Below, piece after piece: positions 24,832 through 37,600 of a stretch of 64,000 nt of DNA (positions are counted from its first letter, which is position 1; each line of letters opens with the position of its first letter). Location of the stretch: NCBI GenBank assembly GCA_038087875.1, contig JAXLNO010000499.1:1-64000 (forward strand). Reading direction: 5' to 3'. Below the pieces are notes generated by a model. It made no database searches, was not told the DNA's origin, and was given only the letters and a program-made list of their open reading frames with translations. The position numbers and the translations under genes were made by a program. The stretch comes from Malacoraja senta. Its lineage: Eukaryota.

Positions 24832-27800
24832 ATGCAAGATGCTAAACAAAAGAACCTAGGAGTCTCATTCTGTAGTTGGAATATAAGAGGTATTAACGAA
24901 CCTATTAAAAGGGGTAAGATACTAGCTCAGCTGAAACTGTACAACTCTGACATTATCTTCTTACAAGAAACTCATCTAAAATCTCATGATCAAGCTAGGT
25001 TGAGGGCGAAATGGATAGGTCAAATATACCATTCTTCATTTACTTCAAAATCTAGAGGTACGTCAATCATTATAAGAAAAGGTATACCATTCAAAGCAAA
25101 GAATACCATAACAGACATTGAAGGGAGATATTTAATAGTTAATGGAGAAATTCATGATACTCCAATTACTTTGGTAAATATATACGCGCCTAACTTTGAC
25201 AACCCTCATTTTTTCAATAAAATTCTGAACATAATCGCAGAGTTTAATTATCAAAATGTCATAATAAGAGGAGGAGACCTTAACTGTGTTTTAGATCTGT
25301 ATTTAGACAAATCAAGCCAAAAACAGAGAGGGAATACAAAATCTAAAACCGGTGAACTTTTAAATACTTATATAAACAATACTAATATAGCAGATGTTTG
25401 GAGAATTGCTAATCCAACTGACAGGGAATACTCGTTTTATTCAATGGTACACAAAACATACTCACGTATAGATTATTTCCTGGTGGACACAAAATTAATC
25501 CCTCATACTTTGAACCCAACATACCATACAAATTCGATTTCAGACCATTCACCACTAACTTTCTTTTTAAAACTGGAAGGAATATCTAAGAATAAACCGT
25601 TTTGGAGATTTAATTCTCAAATCCTAAAAGATCCACAAGCGAGTATATATTTAAAAGAACAAATGGACGCCTTTTTTGAAAGAAATGACACTCCAGATAT
25701 ATCGCCTACTGTATTATGGGAATCTTTTAAAGCATACATTAGAGGTATTATAATTTCATATCAAGCTTTTCAAAATAATAAGAATAAGAATGAACAAAGA
25801 CAGTTAGAAGAACTTATTAGACAAATGGATATAGATAATGCTAAAGATCCATCAATAGATAAACATAATAAAATAATAATTTTGAAATTTAAATTAAATA
25901 AATTATTATCAGCCAAACTTATAAGACTTTTTTAAATTACAAAACAAGAGCACTTTGAATTTGGGGATAAACCGCATAAACTTTTGGCTCGCCAGCTAAA
26001 AAAACGAGAAAAAGAACATACGATCCCAAAGATTAAATCAGATAGAGGGGAATTATTAACCATACCGAAGGATATTAATAAAAGATTTGCGCAATTTTAT
26101 GAGAATTTGTATACATCTAAAACGACAACTGACTCCAATAAAATTACAGAGTTTTTGGATAATTGTAATCTTCCAAAGTTAGAGTTGAAGGAACAAGAGG
26201 AATTGGGTGCACAAATCTCAATTAAGGAATTAGAAGATACAATAAACTCATTAAAGAATGGAAAAACACCAGGTCCTGATGGATTTACTAATTAATTTTA
26301 TAAAAGCTTCTATGACAAAATTATACCACGATTACAAAAAATGTACCAATACGCTTTTAAAAAACAAATATTACCTGTTACACTAGCTGAATCAACGATC
26401 ACACTAATACTTAAAAAAGACAAAGATATAGAAGAACCGTGTTCGTATAGAGCTATAGCATTGTTAAACACAGATCAAAAAATATTAGCGAAAACATTAG
26501 CTAGAAGATTAAGTAAATATATTAGTAAACTAATAAACCCAGATCAGACGGGGTTTATCCCTAAAAGATATTCATCTAATAATATGAGACGTCTACTCAA
26601 TATAATGCACTCACATAAATCTGAAGAACAAGAATTATCAATTATTTCGTTGGACGCTGAAAAAGCATTTGACGAAGTAGAATGGAATTATATGGATAAA
26701 GTATTACAAAAATTCCAAACGGGAGAGAATTTTATTTTATGGATTAAACTATTATATAATAAACCTACAGCTAGAATATTCACTAATAACATATTATCCT
26801 CGAAATTTCAACTATCAAGGGGAAATAGACAAGGATGCTCATTATCACCACAGTTGTTTGCTCTCATAATTGAACCATTAGCAGAAAAAATTAGAACACA
26901 TCCAGATATCCATGGGTATAATACTCAATATTCAAATAATAAAATATCTTTATACGCGGATGATATATTATTGTACATTACAAAACCTCAAATTACTATA
27001 CCAAATATATTAAATTTAATTGAGGACTTTGGATCTTTTTCTGGATACAGAATAAATTGGAATAAAAGTGAAATTATGTCAATAAAACCGAAAGACTCAA
27101 CACATCTTTTAAAATTCCCTTTTAAAATAGCTACAGAAAAATTTAAATACTTGAGAATCGAAATCACTAGAACATATCAAGGCATGTTTAAAGCAAATTT
27201 TGATCCTTTACTTAATAAATTAAATACACTAATTAAATTTTGGAAAACGCTCCCGATGTCTTTAATAGGCCGAATAAATGCAATAAAAATGATCTTCTTA
27301 CCACAAATTTTATACCTATTTCAATCGATTCCTATATACCTACCAAAGAAGTTTAAAAAAAAACTGGATTCAGACATTACTAATTTTATATGGGACTATA
27401 AATCACATAGAATACAAAGAACACACTTGAACAAAGCTAAAGTATTAGGGGGCTTAGCACTCCCTAACTTCATGTATTATTATTGGTCAGTAAATATTAA
27501 AAATATGATTCAACTGATGGACAACTCTGCCCAGCAAGTGGACTGGATTGTAATGGAGAGAGAGGACTGCTCCTCTGGAAACATTGGAGCGATCCTCCTC
27601 TCACCAATGAAACTGAATAACATAAATTATAACAAAAACCCAATTATACATAGTACAATCAGAACTTGGAAACAAATAAAACAAAATTTAAAATTAAGAA
27701 ATTTATCGCTTTTATCTCCCATAATTAATAACCCTTCATTTAATCCCTCTATTACAGACAAATCCTTCATACAATGGGATAGACTAGGGATTAAAACGTT

Positions 27801-28623
27801 CGGTGACTTGTACGAAACTGGAAAATTACTATCATTCCAACAATTACAAATAAAATATAAACTCGGAAATAATCAATATTTTAAATATTTTCAAATATGT
27901 GACTATTTCAAAAAATATACAAAATATCATTATAATAGCCCAGCAGATGTATTGGATGAAGCAATGCAGATAAAAGCTGAATCAGCAAACTTAATATCAT
28001 ATTTGTATAATATTATCTTAAATGTAGAAATACCATCTACGGAAGGTATTAGAAGAGACTGGGAACAAGAATTAGCTATTAAAATCTCAAAAGAAAGGTG
28101 GAATGAACATTTATTAAACGTGCATAAATGTTCGATTAATGCAAGACACACTTTAATACAATTTAAAATTTTACATAAATTATATTATTCTAAAACTAAA
28201 ATCAATAAAATTTTCCCAAATGTATCATCAATTTGTGATAAATGTCAATCTCAAGAAGCTACTATAGCGCACTCATTTGTTTTCTGTACAAAAATTCAAA
28301 AATTTTGGATTGAAATTTTTGAAATCTTTACAAAATTATTTAAAATAAAACTGATACCCAAAGCAGAATGGATTATCTTCGGAACAACGGAAGATAGTCC
28401 AGAACTAAATGTGTTCCAAAAGAAATTAATAGACTATGGGTTAATAACTGGAAAAAAGTTAATCCTAAAATTCTGGAAAAACACTCCAATACCCACTATA
28501 AACATGTGGATTTCAAATATGTTCGAAACATTACACCTAGAAGAGATAAGACTCCTCCTGGCAGGTAAACCAGATCACTTCCACCTGACGTGGTCTGCAT
28601 TTATAGAATTATTACAAGTATAG
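24832..28623 (+). pseudogene. L1 ORF2p (APE endonuclease, RT, Zn knuckle) with two in-frame stops
   Basis: Three ORFs in the same frame (24832, 25984, 26341), separated only by TAA at 25933 and 26293. Motifs SWNIRG, LQETH, GDLN, SRIDYF, SDH, DAEKAFD, RQGCSLSP, YADD. Confidence 0.95.
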
Positions 28624-31600
28624 GGTGCAAAAGTACTAAAAAAAACTGAGGTCAGGTAAGGGGGGATGAAAGCTGGAGAGTTGGTATGTCCCATTTGCGT
28701 GATGCTTACAAAAAAGTATTTGTTTTTCTCTTTTCCCTCTTTCTCTTTTTTCTTATTTTTAGGGTCTATTTCTTAACTCTTTCTTTTTGTTTTTAATTTC
28801 TTTCTTATAGGGTCTTTGATTTTTGTTTTTTTTGTTGTCACGTTTTTTACACTTTCACTTTTTTCCTTCACTTTCTTCTTTCTCTCAATCTCATCCTTTC
28901 CCTTTATTGGTGTAAAAAACAAACGGAGTACATTAATTGTAATAAGATATATGTGACGAGTACTAATGTAATTGGTTGTAATGTAATGTACTTCTAATAA
29001 ATATTTTTTTTTTAAAAAGAAGGAAAAAAAAGACCCATATAAAACTGAACTTCAAGACGTCAGTCATCCGTGCCGAATTATATGTAATATTAGCATAAAA
29101 CAAAATACTTCCCATCTCCTTTTGAGGAAATGTACTGTTTTTTGGTGCTAACCCTGCAATCTGCAGTGAGCACGTCCATGGTTTGGTTTGACAACCCAAG
29201 CCGCAGGAACGGTCTTCTCAGAGTCTGCAAGTCAATGAATTGATTTTATCATACAGAGGATGGTTTCCCGAGTCACGGCTAAACCAGCAAATTTTTGTGT
29301 CTAGTAATAACCATATAAGGTTCTATTATCATTCCCAACATCAGCGGGAACCATGGCTGTATAGGCCAGTCAAGCAGTACGAAAATGCCTGAAGCGGGAA
29401 CTTGCTGAATTTTTTGCAAGACCCGTCTGATGAGGCAAAATGGAGGAAGACATAAAAGAACATTCCTCCCCAGTGTAGCGACAATGCATCCATCGCCACT
29501 GATATGCCACATATTTTTTGCAACTGGTGATTGAGCCTGGATGCAAACATCTCGATCTTTTAGTGTTCCATCGAGCCACAATGTCATTAAATACTTTGTG
29601 ATCCAACATCCATTCTGTGTTGTCATAGATTTTTCGTGATGATACACCAGTGCCAAATGAGGTTAGGTAAACTATCACAGGATACTTTGACTTGATTGCA
29701 CCCACGTGATTAACATATACCACCACCAAAGTGTATCAACTTGGACTTGAGCATGCAGATTATGCATATTCGCACAAAAACTTTTAACCCACAGAATGCA
29801 CCTAGTGTCTATAGGTAGTTGATACCATATAACTGAAGAATTGGTAACTCATGCAAATCCCATCCGCCTCCGTAATTAGAGATGGTATTAGTAATTTTCC
29901 ATCTTTGAGCAATAGCATCAGTTTGTAATTATAACTGAAGATTTACTGACGAAAAGTTAGTGGAGCAATGCTGAATACTGTTCGTCCACCATGGTGACTT
30001 TGATAGTTTCAACTGGTAATAACATAGGACTGTTAACAATGACCTACATGCTACTTGAGAGCTTACTCCTTTGCACGCTGTAAGTTCTGATAATGCAAAG
30101 GCCCAAATAGCACAGCTGAAAAGTCAATATATTGCCAATTACACTTGATGAATAGAAGGCTGCTTGATAACAACAAGGTTGTTACAGGCTTCAATTAATT
30201 CCAATCTCTTGCCTCAGGGCGGAGTCATAGACAAATTAATAGAGTTAAAGGTAAATCCCAATAATCAATAATTTCAGTTGGTATCAACTTAAATTTAACT
30301 TAAATTTAACTGGATGGATAAGAAACCCAATTTCTCAAATATAGTTTTGTGGCTGATACAGCTAATTTAGCAAAATACAGCGTTTAGAATATCATCCAGT
30401 TAGACCATAACAATTGTTTTTTAGCTCTGAGCAGCCGAAGCACTGGTTTTTAGTAATTTGGTAAATAACCTGGGAGCTGGTTAGCCCATTTTGTAATGCT
30501 TTTAACTGTATCATTGCCCCATCCAGCTAAATTTCAAATATCTCCGGTGATCCCTGTGAATGGAAACTGATCCCATGGAAGTTAGACAGTCACGAAGTTT
30601 CCTATTCAGAAATGTCTATACTGCACACGCGAGTTGAACCTGTTGACAATGAACAGGCCACATCTGCCACAATTGCGAGCCTGCCTTGAAAGGTAACTCC
30701 AGCCATATTTCTGAGACTCTGGCCAATTTCCACGCCTGTCTCACATGTATACTGTGCAATATAAACTAATCTCATGTTAACATTTTAATTTATAAACAGA
30801 TCTGAATCTCATGTTATCATTGTCATTTGTACAAAAAACAAGTGTAAATATTACCAATTTGTAAATGGTCCACATACCCCATGTTTCGGAAAGAACCAGA
30901 CCCACCTACCTTCATGGTTATCGGTGGTTTTATGGTAAGCCCAAAGGCCCCTGATGCGGGTTCTATTTCCGTCCTTGATTTGGAGAATAGGACTGCTGGT
31001 GTGCGTGGATCCCATACTTTTCCTGAGGACCGGTTTGGGCCTTGGCCTAAAAGACCTGTGCCCAGCTTTCAAGCTGCCACCAGCTTCAGTGAACCACTTC
31101 CTGCCGATGGAGGCGTGGGGTGTGTTGTTGCCGACACCTTGATTAGTCCGACAGCTTCTGTTTCCTCATCCCGGTCTTACCTGTTTGGACAAGTTTTCCG
31201 TGAAAAAAAGATTTGGCGGCTGGACATTGCTGGCCTTACATGAGCCTGCAAATTGGAATTTAAGACAGGTCTGATGGCGTTCTACGTTCATTTTGAAGTG
31301 TGCATTGCACATCAACACCAGGCCAGTAATCTGTAAAATTTGTTGGAGTTTCATTTCCTGGGTTTTCATGCCGCCACCAATATCACCCCAGATAGCGCTG
31401 TTCACTGACGGAACATTTGGGAACAATTTACATGTGCATGGTATCTCACAGCCGGCACCTGTTCCTGTAATGGTGTGACGTGTGGTAGCTGCTGCTTCGC
31501 GAGGGGATCTCTGGCCCCTCCGGGTTTTCTGCCAACGGCTGGAAGCCAACTCTTTCAGCAGGAGTTCCTTCATTTGCAAGGATATTGCAACCCTTGATGC

Positions 31601-33117
31601 CATGACAGAAATTACTGGAACCTAACGCATGTACTCCAGTATGTTCCCCTGACATACTTCCGAGTTTGGAGTCAGTTACCAACTGACCCCTCGCACTCTC
31701 CTTCACAGAGAAGGAGATTTGTAAGCAGCCCTGAAAGAGGTGCTGCCGCAGGCCCTCGAGGAGACCTGCGCTGATATGGCTCCTCCATGCACCATATGAG
31801 GATGGAGCATCCCCTCAGTGGGATGAACGCCCTGCGGACGCTATCTATGCCCCATCTGGGTAAAAACGTCCGAGGACGTACCCATGTCGGAGGGGAACCC
31901 TCCTGGCCTGACTCGTTCCAGTCTAGGCCTCTCAGACTCCGTTTGGCTGTTCCCCTCTGCGGGCTGCCAGAGTCTGAAATCGCCGCCGGCTACCCGCACT
32001 TCCGCGGTCCCTAGCCATGTCTTCCCACAGTCCCCGTAGCCGGGGCTCCCCCGAGCCAGGTATCCCGTGGTCTTCCCACGGTCGCCGAAGCCGGGTTTCC
32101 CTGAGCCGTGTTCCCCGTGTTCTTCCCACGGTCCCTGTAGCCGGGTTTCCCCAAGCCGGGTTTCCCCGCGGTCTTGTGTTTACACGCGGTCCCCGCAGCC
32201 GGCTTCCCCAAGCCGGTTTCCCCGCGGTTTCCGCAGTCGGGATTCCCCTGCGGTCCCTGTAGACGGGATTCCCCGCGATGTCCGAAGTCGGGCTTCTCCG
32301 TGCCGGTTTTCCCGCGGTTCCCGCAGTCGGGATTCCCCCGTGGTCCCTGTAGACGGGATTCCCCGCGATATCCGGTTGGGTTTCCCCGAGCCGGGTTTCC
32401 CCGAGCCGGGTTTCCCCAGCGGAGCCGGGATTACCCCGGAACGTCTCCAGCAAGAACTCTATAAAGAGCTTCCTGCAAGGAGGAAACAGACCTGGAAATG
32501 AGTTGAAAACTTACCTTCAGGTTTGAAACTTACCGCTGGTGGAGCAGCGCACCTCCAGCCAGTCGTCGCGCAATGCGATAAACAATATGACGTGCATGCG
32601 GGCTGGCGGGTTCTTCACGTAGTCACTCACGTGACTCCGAAGTAAAATGGTTGTTTGGGGGGTTTGCGTTGAAGTAAAAAGGCACTGCAAATGGTTGTTT
32701 GGGGGGTTTGGGTTGAAGTAAAAGGCACTGCAAATGGTTGCTTGTCTAAACATGACAACTTCCTGTTTGCACTATATTGATTTTAGATAAAACGCTACCA
32801 CTTACAGCTGTGATTTTTGGCCATCTTACTCGGTCCCCCGCCGCTCATCAGGTGCAGAGGATTCTTCCCATCAATGAAAAATAGAAGTGTTATTAGTGTT
32901 TAAAAAATGTTGAGAATCTCTCTCCTGTCAATCACGCCATGAAGGCCACACCTTTTCCGGTGGGAGGGGGAGGGATTATAAAACCCGGAAGTGTGGGTGT
33001 GGCTCAGTCTCTGCATGATGGGGGAGAGGTCACGACTGTCTGAGCTGTGAATCAACTGAACACACTGAATGTCTACTGAACTGTGAGTGTGGTGTTTTGT
33101 GTGGTTTTATGGTGGTT

Positions 33118-33478
33118 TCACCCTGCTTGAAATGGTATGAAACTGCATTTGAATGTGGTGGCCTTGCACCTTGCTTGAAGTGGTATGAAACTGCACTTGA
33201 ATTTGGTGGCCTTGCACCCTTCTTGAAGTGGTTGGAAACTGCACTTGAATTCGGTGGCCTTGCACCCTGCTTCAAGAGGTAGGAAAGTGAACCTGAATTT
33301 GGTGGCCTTGCACCCTGCTTGAAGTGGTATTAAACTGCTCTTGAATTTTGTGGCCCTGCACCCTGCTCAAAGAGGTAAGAAACTGCACTTGAATTTGGTG
33401 GCCTTGCACCCTGCTTGAAATGGTAGGAAAATGGATTTGAATTTGGTGGCCTTGCACTCTGCTTGAAATGGAATTTCA
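33118..33478. repeat. ~46-48 bp minisatellite inside the Helitron
   Basis: About 8 copies of CCTTGCACCCTGCTTGAAGTGGT.GAAACTGCACTTGAATTTGGTGG, with no unique spacers. Confidence 0.85.
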
Positions 33479-34184
33479 AGGAATAGCCATGAGTCAACTG
33501 CCAGCCCACCAGCCGTGAGTGGGCTGCCAGTACATCAGGCTTGAGGGACTGATCTGCCACCCCAAGAATCCATTTGGCCCACAATGTCCATACTAGCCCT
33601 CTGGAGACCAGTAGTCCCTGTAGCCAACAACACCCATACCAGCGCTCCAGAAAGCCCCCCCCCCACTGGCCACCAATATTGCAATTGGTGGAGAGGTGGA
33701 ATATTGCGTCGGGGGACCAGCCCTCCCGTGTGAACATGGGACCCAATGGGTCCCACTTAGTCTAGTTTATACTAGGAATTTGAAATTGTGAATTTGGGGA
33801 GATGGATTGGAACAATTGGGAATAATTTTTTAATTGTTTTTTTCTTAATAAAGATCTATTTTTAAATGGTTTAAGAATATTAGCGAAGAGTTATGGATTA
33901 CTGATTTTGAGTTTGAGTTCTTTTGAGAAAGCTTGTTTTGATGTGATCATAGTGTTTGTCTTTTAGAATGCAAATGAGCATCCATGTTTCCTGTCTCCAG
34001 GCAAGTAAATGTGTGGAAGCTTGAAGTATGTGCTGTGTAAAGGACAAATGAAGGTCCATGCAGTATTGTGCTAGTTGATGACAAAAGGGGGTTTGAGGGA
34101 ACTCATTATGGGGGTGGGGGGTAAAAAGTGAGAGAAACAGTACATTGGGGAGGAGAAATATTTGGATAATTGAAGACAAAAATA

Positions 34185-34418
34185 CCAACTAACCCTGACC
34201 TCCTTCCCAGCACTGGGATTCTCATATTTGACTAAACTCTACCATTTGTGCTATGATAATAAAAGCAGGGTACATGTGGTATTAACAGACCATGAAGACA
34301 GAATGAAGCCAGTTGCTTGCTGTTCAGCTAGGCAAAGTCCAGTGGTAGCTGGGCTGCACTGATGTGCTTAAGCACGTGACTACGTAACATGGGCAGTGGA
34401 AATCTCAGAGCCTAGCAC
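34185..34418 (+). pseudogene. ERV pol remnant (RT connection region)
   Basis: Reads LTSFPALGFSYLTKLYHL...VVLTDHEDRMKPVACCSARQSPVVAGL, resembling the class I APALGLPD..KPF.L / RPVAY.S..LDPVA.G motif. Confidence 0.6.
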
Positions 34419-34529
34419 ACTAAGGGGGATGTGTTGTGTTAAAGAAGGAACTGCAGATGCTGGAAAATCGAAGGTACACAAAAATGCTGGAGAAACTCAG
34501 CGGGTGCAGCAGCATCTATGGAGCGAAGG

Positions 34530-34572
34530 AAATAGGTAACGTTTCGGGCCGAAACCCTTCTTCAGACTGATA
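34530..34572 (-). ncRNA. Minimal type I hammerhead-ribozyme-like motif in the Penelope 3' terminus (second copy ~38527-38569)
   Basis: Minus strand reads CAGT-CTGAAGA-AGGGT-TTCG-GCCC-GAAA-CGTT-ACCT. It has the CUGANGA/GAAA core, a capped stem II and palindromic AACGTT stem III. Stem I is weak. Confidence 0.6.
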
Positions 34573-34681
34573 GGGGGTGGGGAGAAGAAAGGAAAAAAGG
34601 AAAAGGAGGAGGAGGAGCCCGAGGGTTGGGGGAGGGGAGGAGACAACCAGATGGCTGATGAAGGGGAGGGGACAGCCAGGG

Positions 34682-37600
34682 CTAGCAGAATTGGGAGAAT
34701 TCAACGTTCAGGCCACCAGGGTGTAGACTGCCCAAGCGGAATATGAGGTGCATTTCCTCCAATTTACGGTGTTGCTCGCTGTGGCCATGGAGGAGACCCA
34801 GGACAGAGAGGTCAGATACGGAATGGGAGGGGGAGTTGAAGTGCTGAGCCACCGGGAGTTCAGGTTGGTTATTGCGGACCGACCGGAGGTGTTCGGCGAA
34901 ACGATCGCCAAGCCTCCGCTTGGTCTCACCGATGTAGATCAGCTGGCATCTAGAGCAGCGAATGCAATAGATGAGGTTGGAGGAGATGCAGGTGAACCTC
35001 TGTCGCACCTGGAACGACTGCTTGGGTCCTGGAATGGAGTGGAGGGGGGAAGTGAAGGGACAAGTGTTGCATCTCTTGCGGTTGCAAGGGAAAGTACCAG
35101 GGGAGGGGGTGGTATGGGAGGGAAGGGAAGAATTGACAAGGGAGTTACGGAGGGAGCGGTCTTTGCGGAAAGCAGACATAGGGGGAGATGGGAAGATGTG
35201 GCGAGTGGTGGGGTCACGTTGGAGGTGGCGAAACTGACGGAGGATCACTTGTTGTATGTGACGGCTGGTGGGGTGAAAGGTGAGGACTAGGGGGACTCTG
35301 CCTTTGTTGTGAGTGGGGGGATGGGGAGAGAGAGCAGTGTTGCGGGGTATGGCAGAGACCCTGGTGCGAGCCTCATCTATGGTGGATGAGGGGAACCCCC
35401 GTTCCCTGAAGAATGAGGACATTTCAGATGCCCTGGTGTGGAACGCCTCATCCTGGGAGCAGATGCGGCGTAGACGGAAGAATTGGGAGTGGGGGATGGA
35501 GTCCTTACAGGAAGCAGGGTGGGAAGAAGTGTAGTCCAGATAGCCATGGGAGTCGGTAGGTTTGTAGTGGATGTCGGTAAGGAGTCTATCACCTGCGATG
35601 GAGATAGTGAGGTCAAGGAATGGTAGGGAAGTGTCGGAAATGGTCCAGGTGTATTTAAGTGCCGGATGGAAGTTGGTGGTGAAGCGGATGAAGTCAGTCA
35701 GTTGTGTGTGGGTGCAGGATGTGGCACCAAAACAATCATCGATGTAGCGGAGGTAGAGGTCGGGGATGGGGCCCTGGTACGCATTGAACAGGGATTGTTC
35801 TACGTACCCGACAAAGAGGCAGGCGTAGCTGGGGCCCATGCGTGTGCCCATAGCTACGCCTTGTATTTGGAGGAAATGGGAGGAGTCGAATGAAAAGTTA
35901 TTAAGTGTAAGTACCAGCTCCGCTAGGCGGAGGAGGGTGTCAGTGGCCGGGTATAGATTGCTTCTACGGTCGAGGAAAAAACGGAGGGCTTTGAGACCAT
36001 CCTGGTGGGGGATGGAGGTGTACAGTGACTGGACGTCCATGGTGAAGATGAGGGGGTGGGGGCCTAGAGAGTGGAATGCGCGGAGATGACGGAGAGTGTC
36101 TGAGGTGTCTTGAACATAGGTGGGGAGGGATTTAACCAAGGGGGATAGTATGGAGTCGAGGTAGGTGGAGATGAGTTCGGTGGGGCAAGAACAGGCAGAG
36201 ACAATGGGTCTACCGGGACAGTCAGGTTTGTGGATTTTGGGGAGAAGGTAAAAGCGGGCTGTGCGGGGCTGGGGAACGATGAGGTTGGAGGCTCGTTCGG
36301 GCAGGGCGTGGGAGTGGATGAAGTTGGTGATGGTGCTGGAGATGGTGGCCTGGTGCTCGTCAGTGGGGTCATGGTCCAGGGGTAAGTAGGAAGAGGTGTC
36401 CGAGAGTTGGCGCGTGGCCTCAGCTTTGTAGAGGTCGACGCGCCAGACTACCACGGCACCTCCCTTGTCGGCGGGTTTGATAACCCAATCTAGGTTGTTG
36501 CGGAGTGAGTCGATGGCAGTGCGTTCAAGGGGGGAGAGATTGGAGTGAGACAGGGGAGTGGAGAAGTTGAGGCGGTGGATGTCACGGCGGCAGTTTTTAA
36601 TAAAGAGTTCTAAAGCCGGAAGGCTGCGAGGGGGGTTCCATGAGGATGGGGTGCGTTGGAGACTGGAAAAGGGGTCATCAGTGGGGAGCGAGGACTGCTT
36701 CCCATGGAAGTGAGCTGTGAGGCGGAGGCGACGGTAGAAGCGTTCCAAGTCATGGAGGGCACGGAACTCATTGAGATGGGGACGGAGGGGGACAAAGGTA
36801 AGACCTCTGCTGAGGACAGACCGTTCGATGTCGGAGAGGGGGAGGTCGGGGGGGATGGTGAACACCCGGCAGGGATGGGGGTTGGGGCCGGAGGAAGGCA
36901 GGTGGGTGTAATGGGGACGAGGCGATGTGTGGTGGGGGGGTGGTGGGTGGTCAGGGGGTGGGGGGGTGAGAGGGCAGTGGTGTGGGTGTGGAAGAGAAGT
37001 GGTCCCATAGTTGGAGAGGGATGGGGAAGAATCAGTGGAACTGCCACTGAGATAACCAGGACTAGGCAGACTAGCGCTAGGACCCAGTGGAGTCAAACCC
37101 CGGAGAGTGGGAGTGAACAGCGTGGAGGCTTCAGGCCCAGTACAGAGTCCAGTTTGCAGGTAAGGCGACGGCTGCGGGCTGCTGGAGGGAGGTGCGGTGG
37201 CGAGGGTCAGCGGACCCGACGGTCGGGGTCCGTGGGCAGTGGAGTCGGGGTCGGTGGGGCTGGAGGGCGTTGCAGTGGCGAGGGTCGGCGGACCCGATGG
37301 TCGGGGTCCGTGGGCAGTGTAGTCGGGGTCGGTGGGGCTGGAGGTCGTTGCAGTGGCGAGGGTCGGCGGACCCGATGGTCGGGGTAGGTGGGCAGTAGAG
37401 TCGGGGTCCACGGGCGATGCGTGGGAGGTCCCGGTAAGCGGATGGTCGGTGGGGCGGCGCGGTTCGACCAGTCCGGTGAGGCGACGGGGTGAATAGGGTG
37501 CGGTGCGGCGGCCAAGTTCGTGGATCCCCGGTCCGGCGGCCGTGTAGAGTGGGCCCGGTCCGGCGGCGATGCTGGATGGGCCCGGTCCGGCGGCGATGCT

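Larger units (their letters stand above)
22681..29028 (+). mobile_element. Full-length L1 LINE inserted in DIRS copy 1
   Basis: Has a 5'UTR, ORF1, ORF2, 3'UTR with AATAAA and an A-tail. 10-bp TSD AAAGACCCAT at 22671-22680 and 29029-29038. Confidence 0.95.
21389..32648 (-). mobile_element. DIRS1-like tyrosine-recombinase retrotransposon (decayed), copy 1
   Basis: Inverted terminal sequences plus an internal complementary region (21600-21720) joining both ends (AATCTTACT|ATTTTACTTC.GAGTCACGTGAG). Coding remnants include YR HSTRAA (22001-22360), RNase H/methylase-like YVNHVG and DWPIQPWFP (29279-29729), RT remnants ~30100-30560, and a GC-rich repetitive gag region. Confidence 0.9.
20911..33765 (+). 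mobile_element. Non-autonomous Helitron-like element in the ERV leader (contains DIRS and L1)
   Basis: 5' end A|TCTATAT...TATTACTAAAAG. The 3' end has the hairpin TGGGACCC-AAT-GGGTCCCA (33737-33755) then CTAG|T. No TSD. Confidence 0.8.

Noticed and set aside
33118..33478. Regular repeat array resembling CRISPR
   Set aside because: Head-to-tail minisatellite with no unique spacers and no cas genes, in a eukaryotic context.
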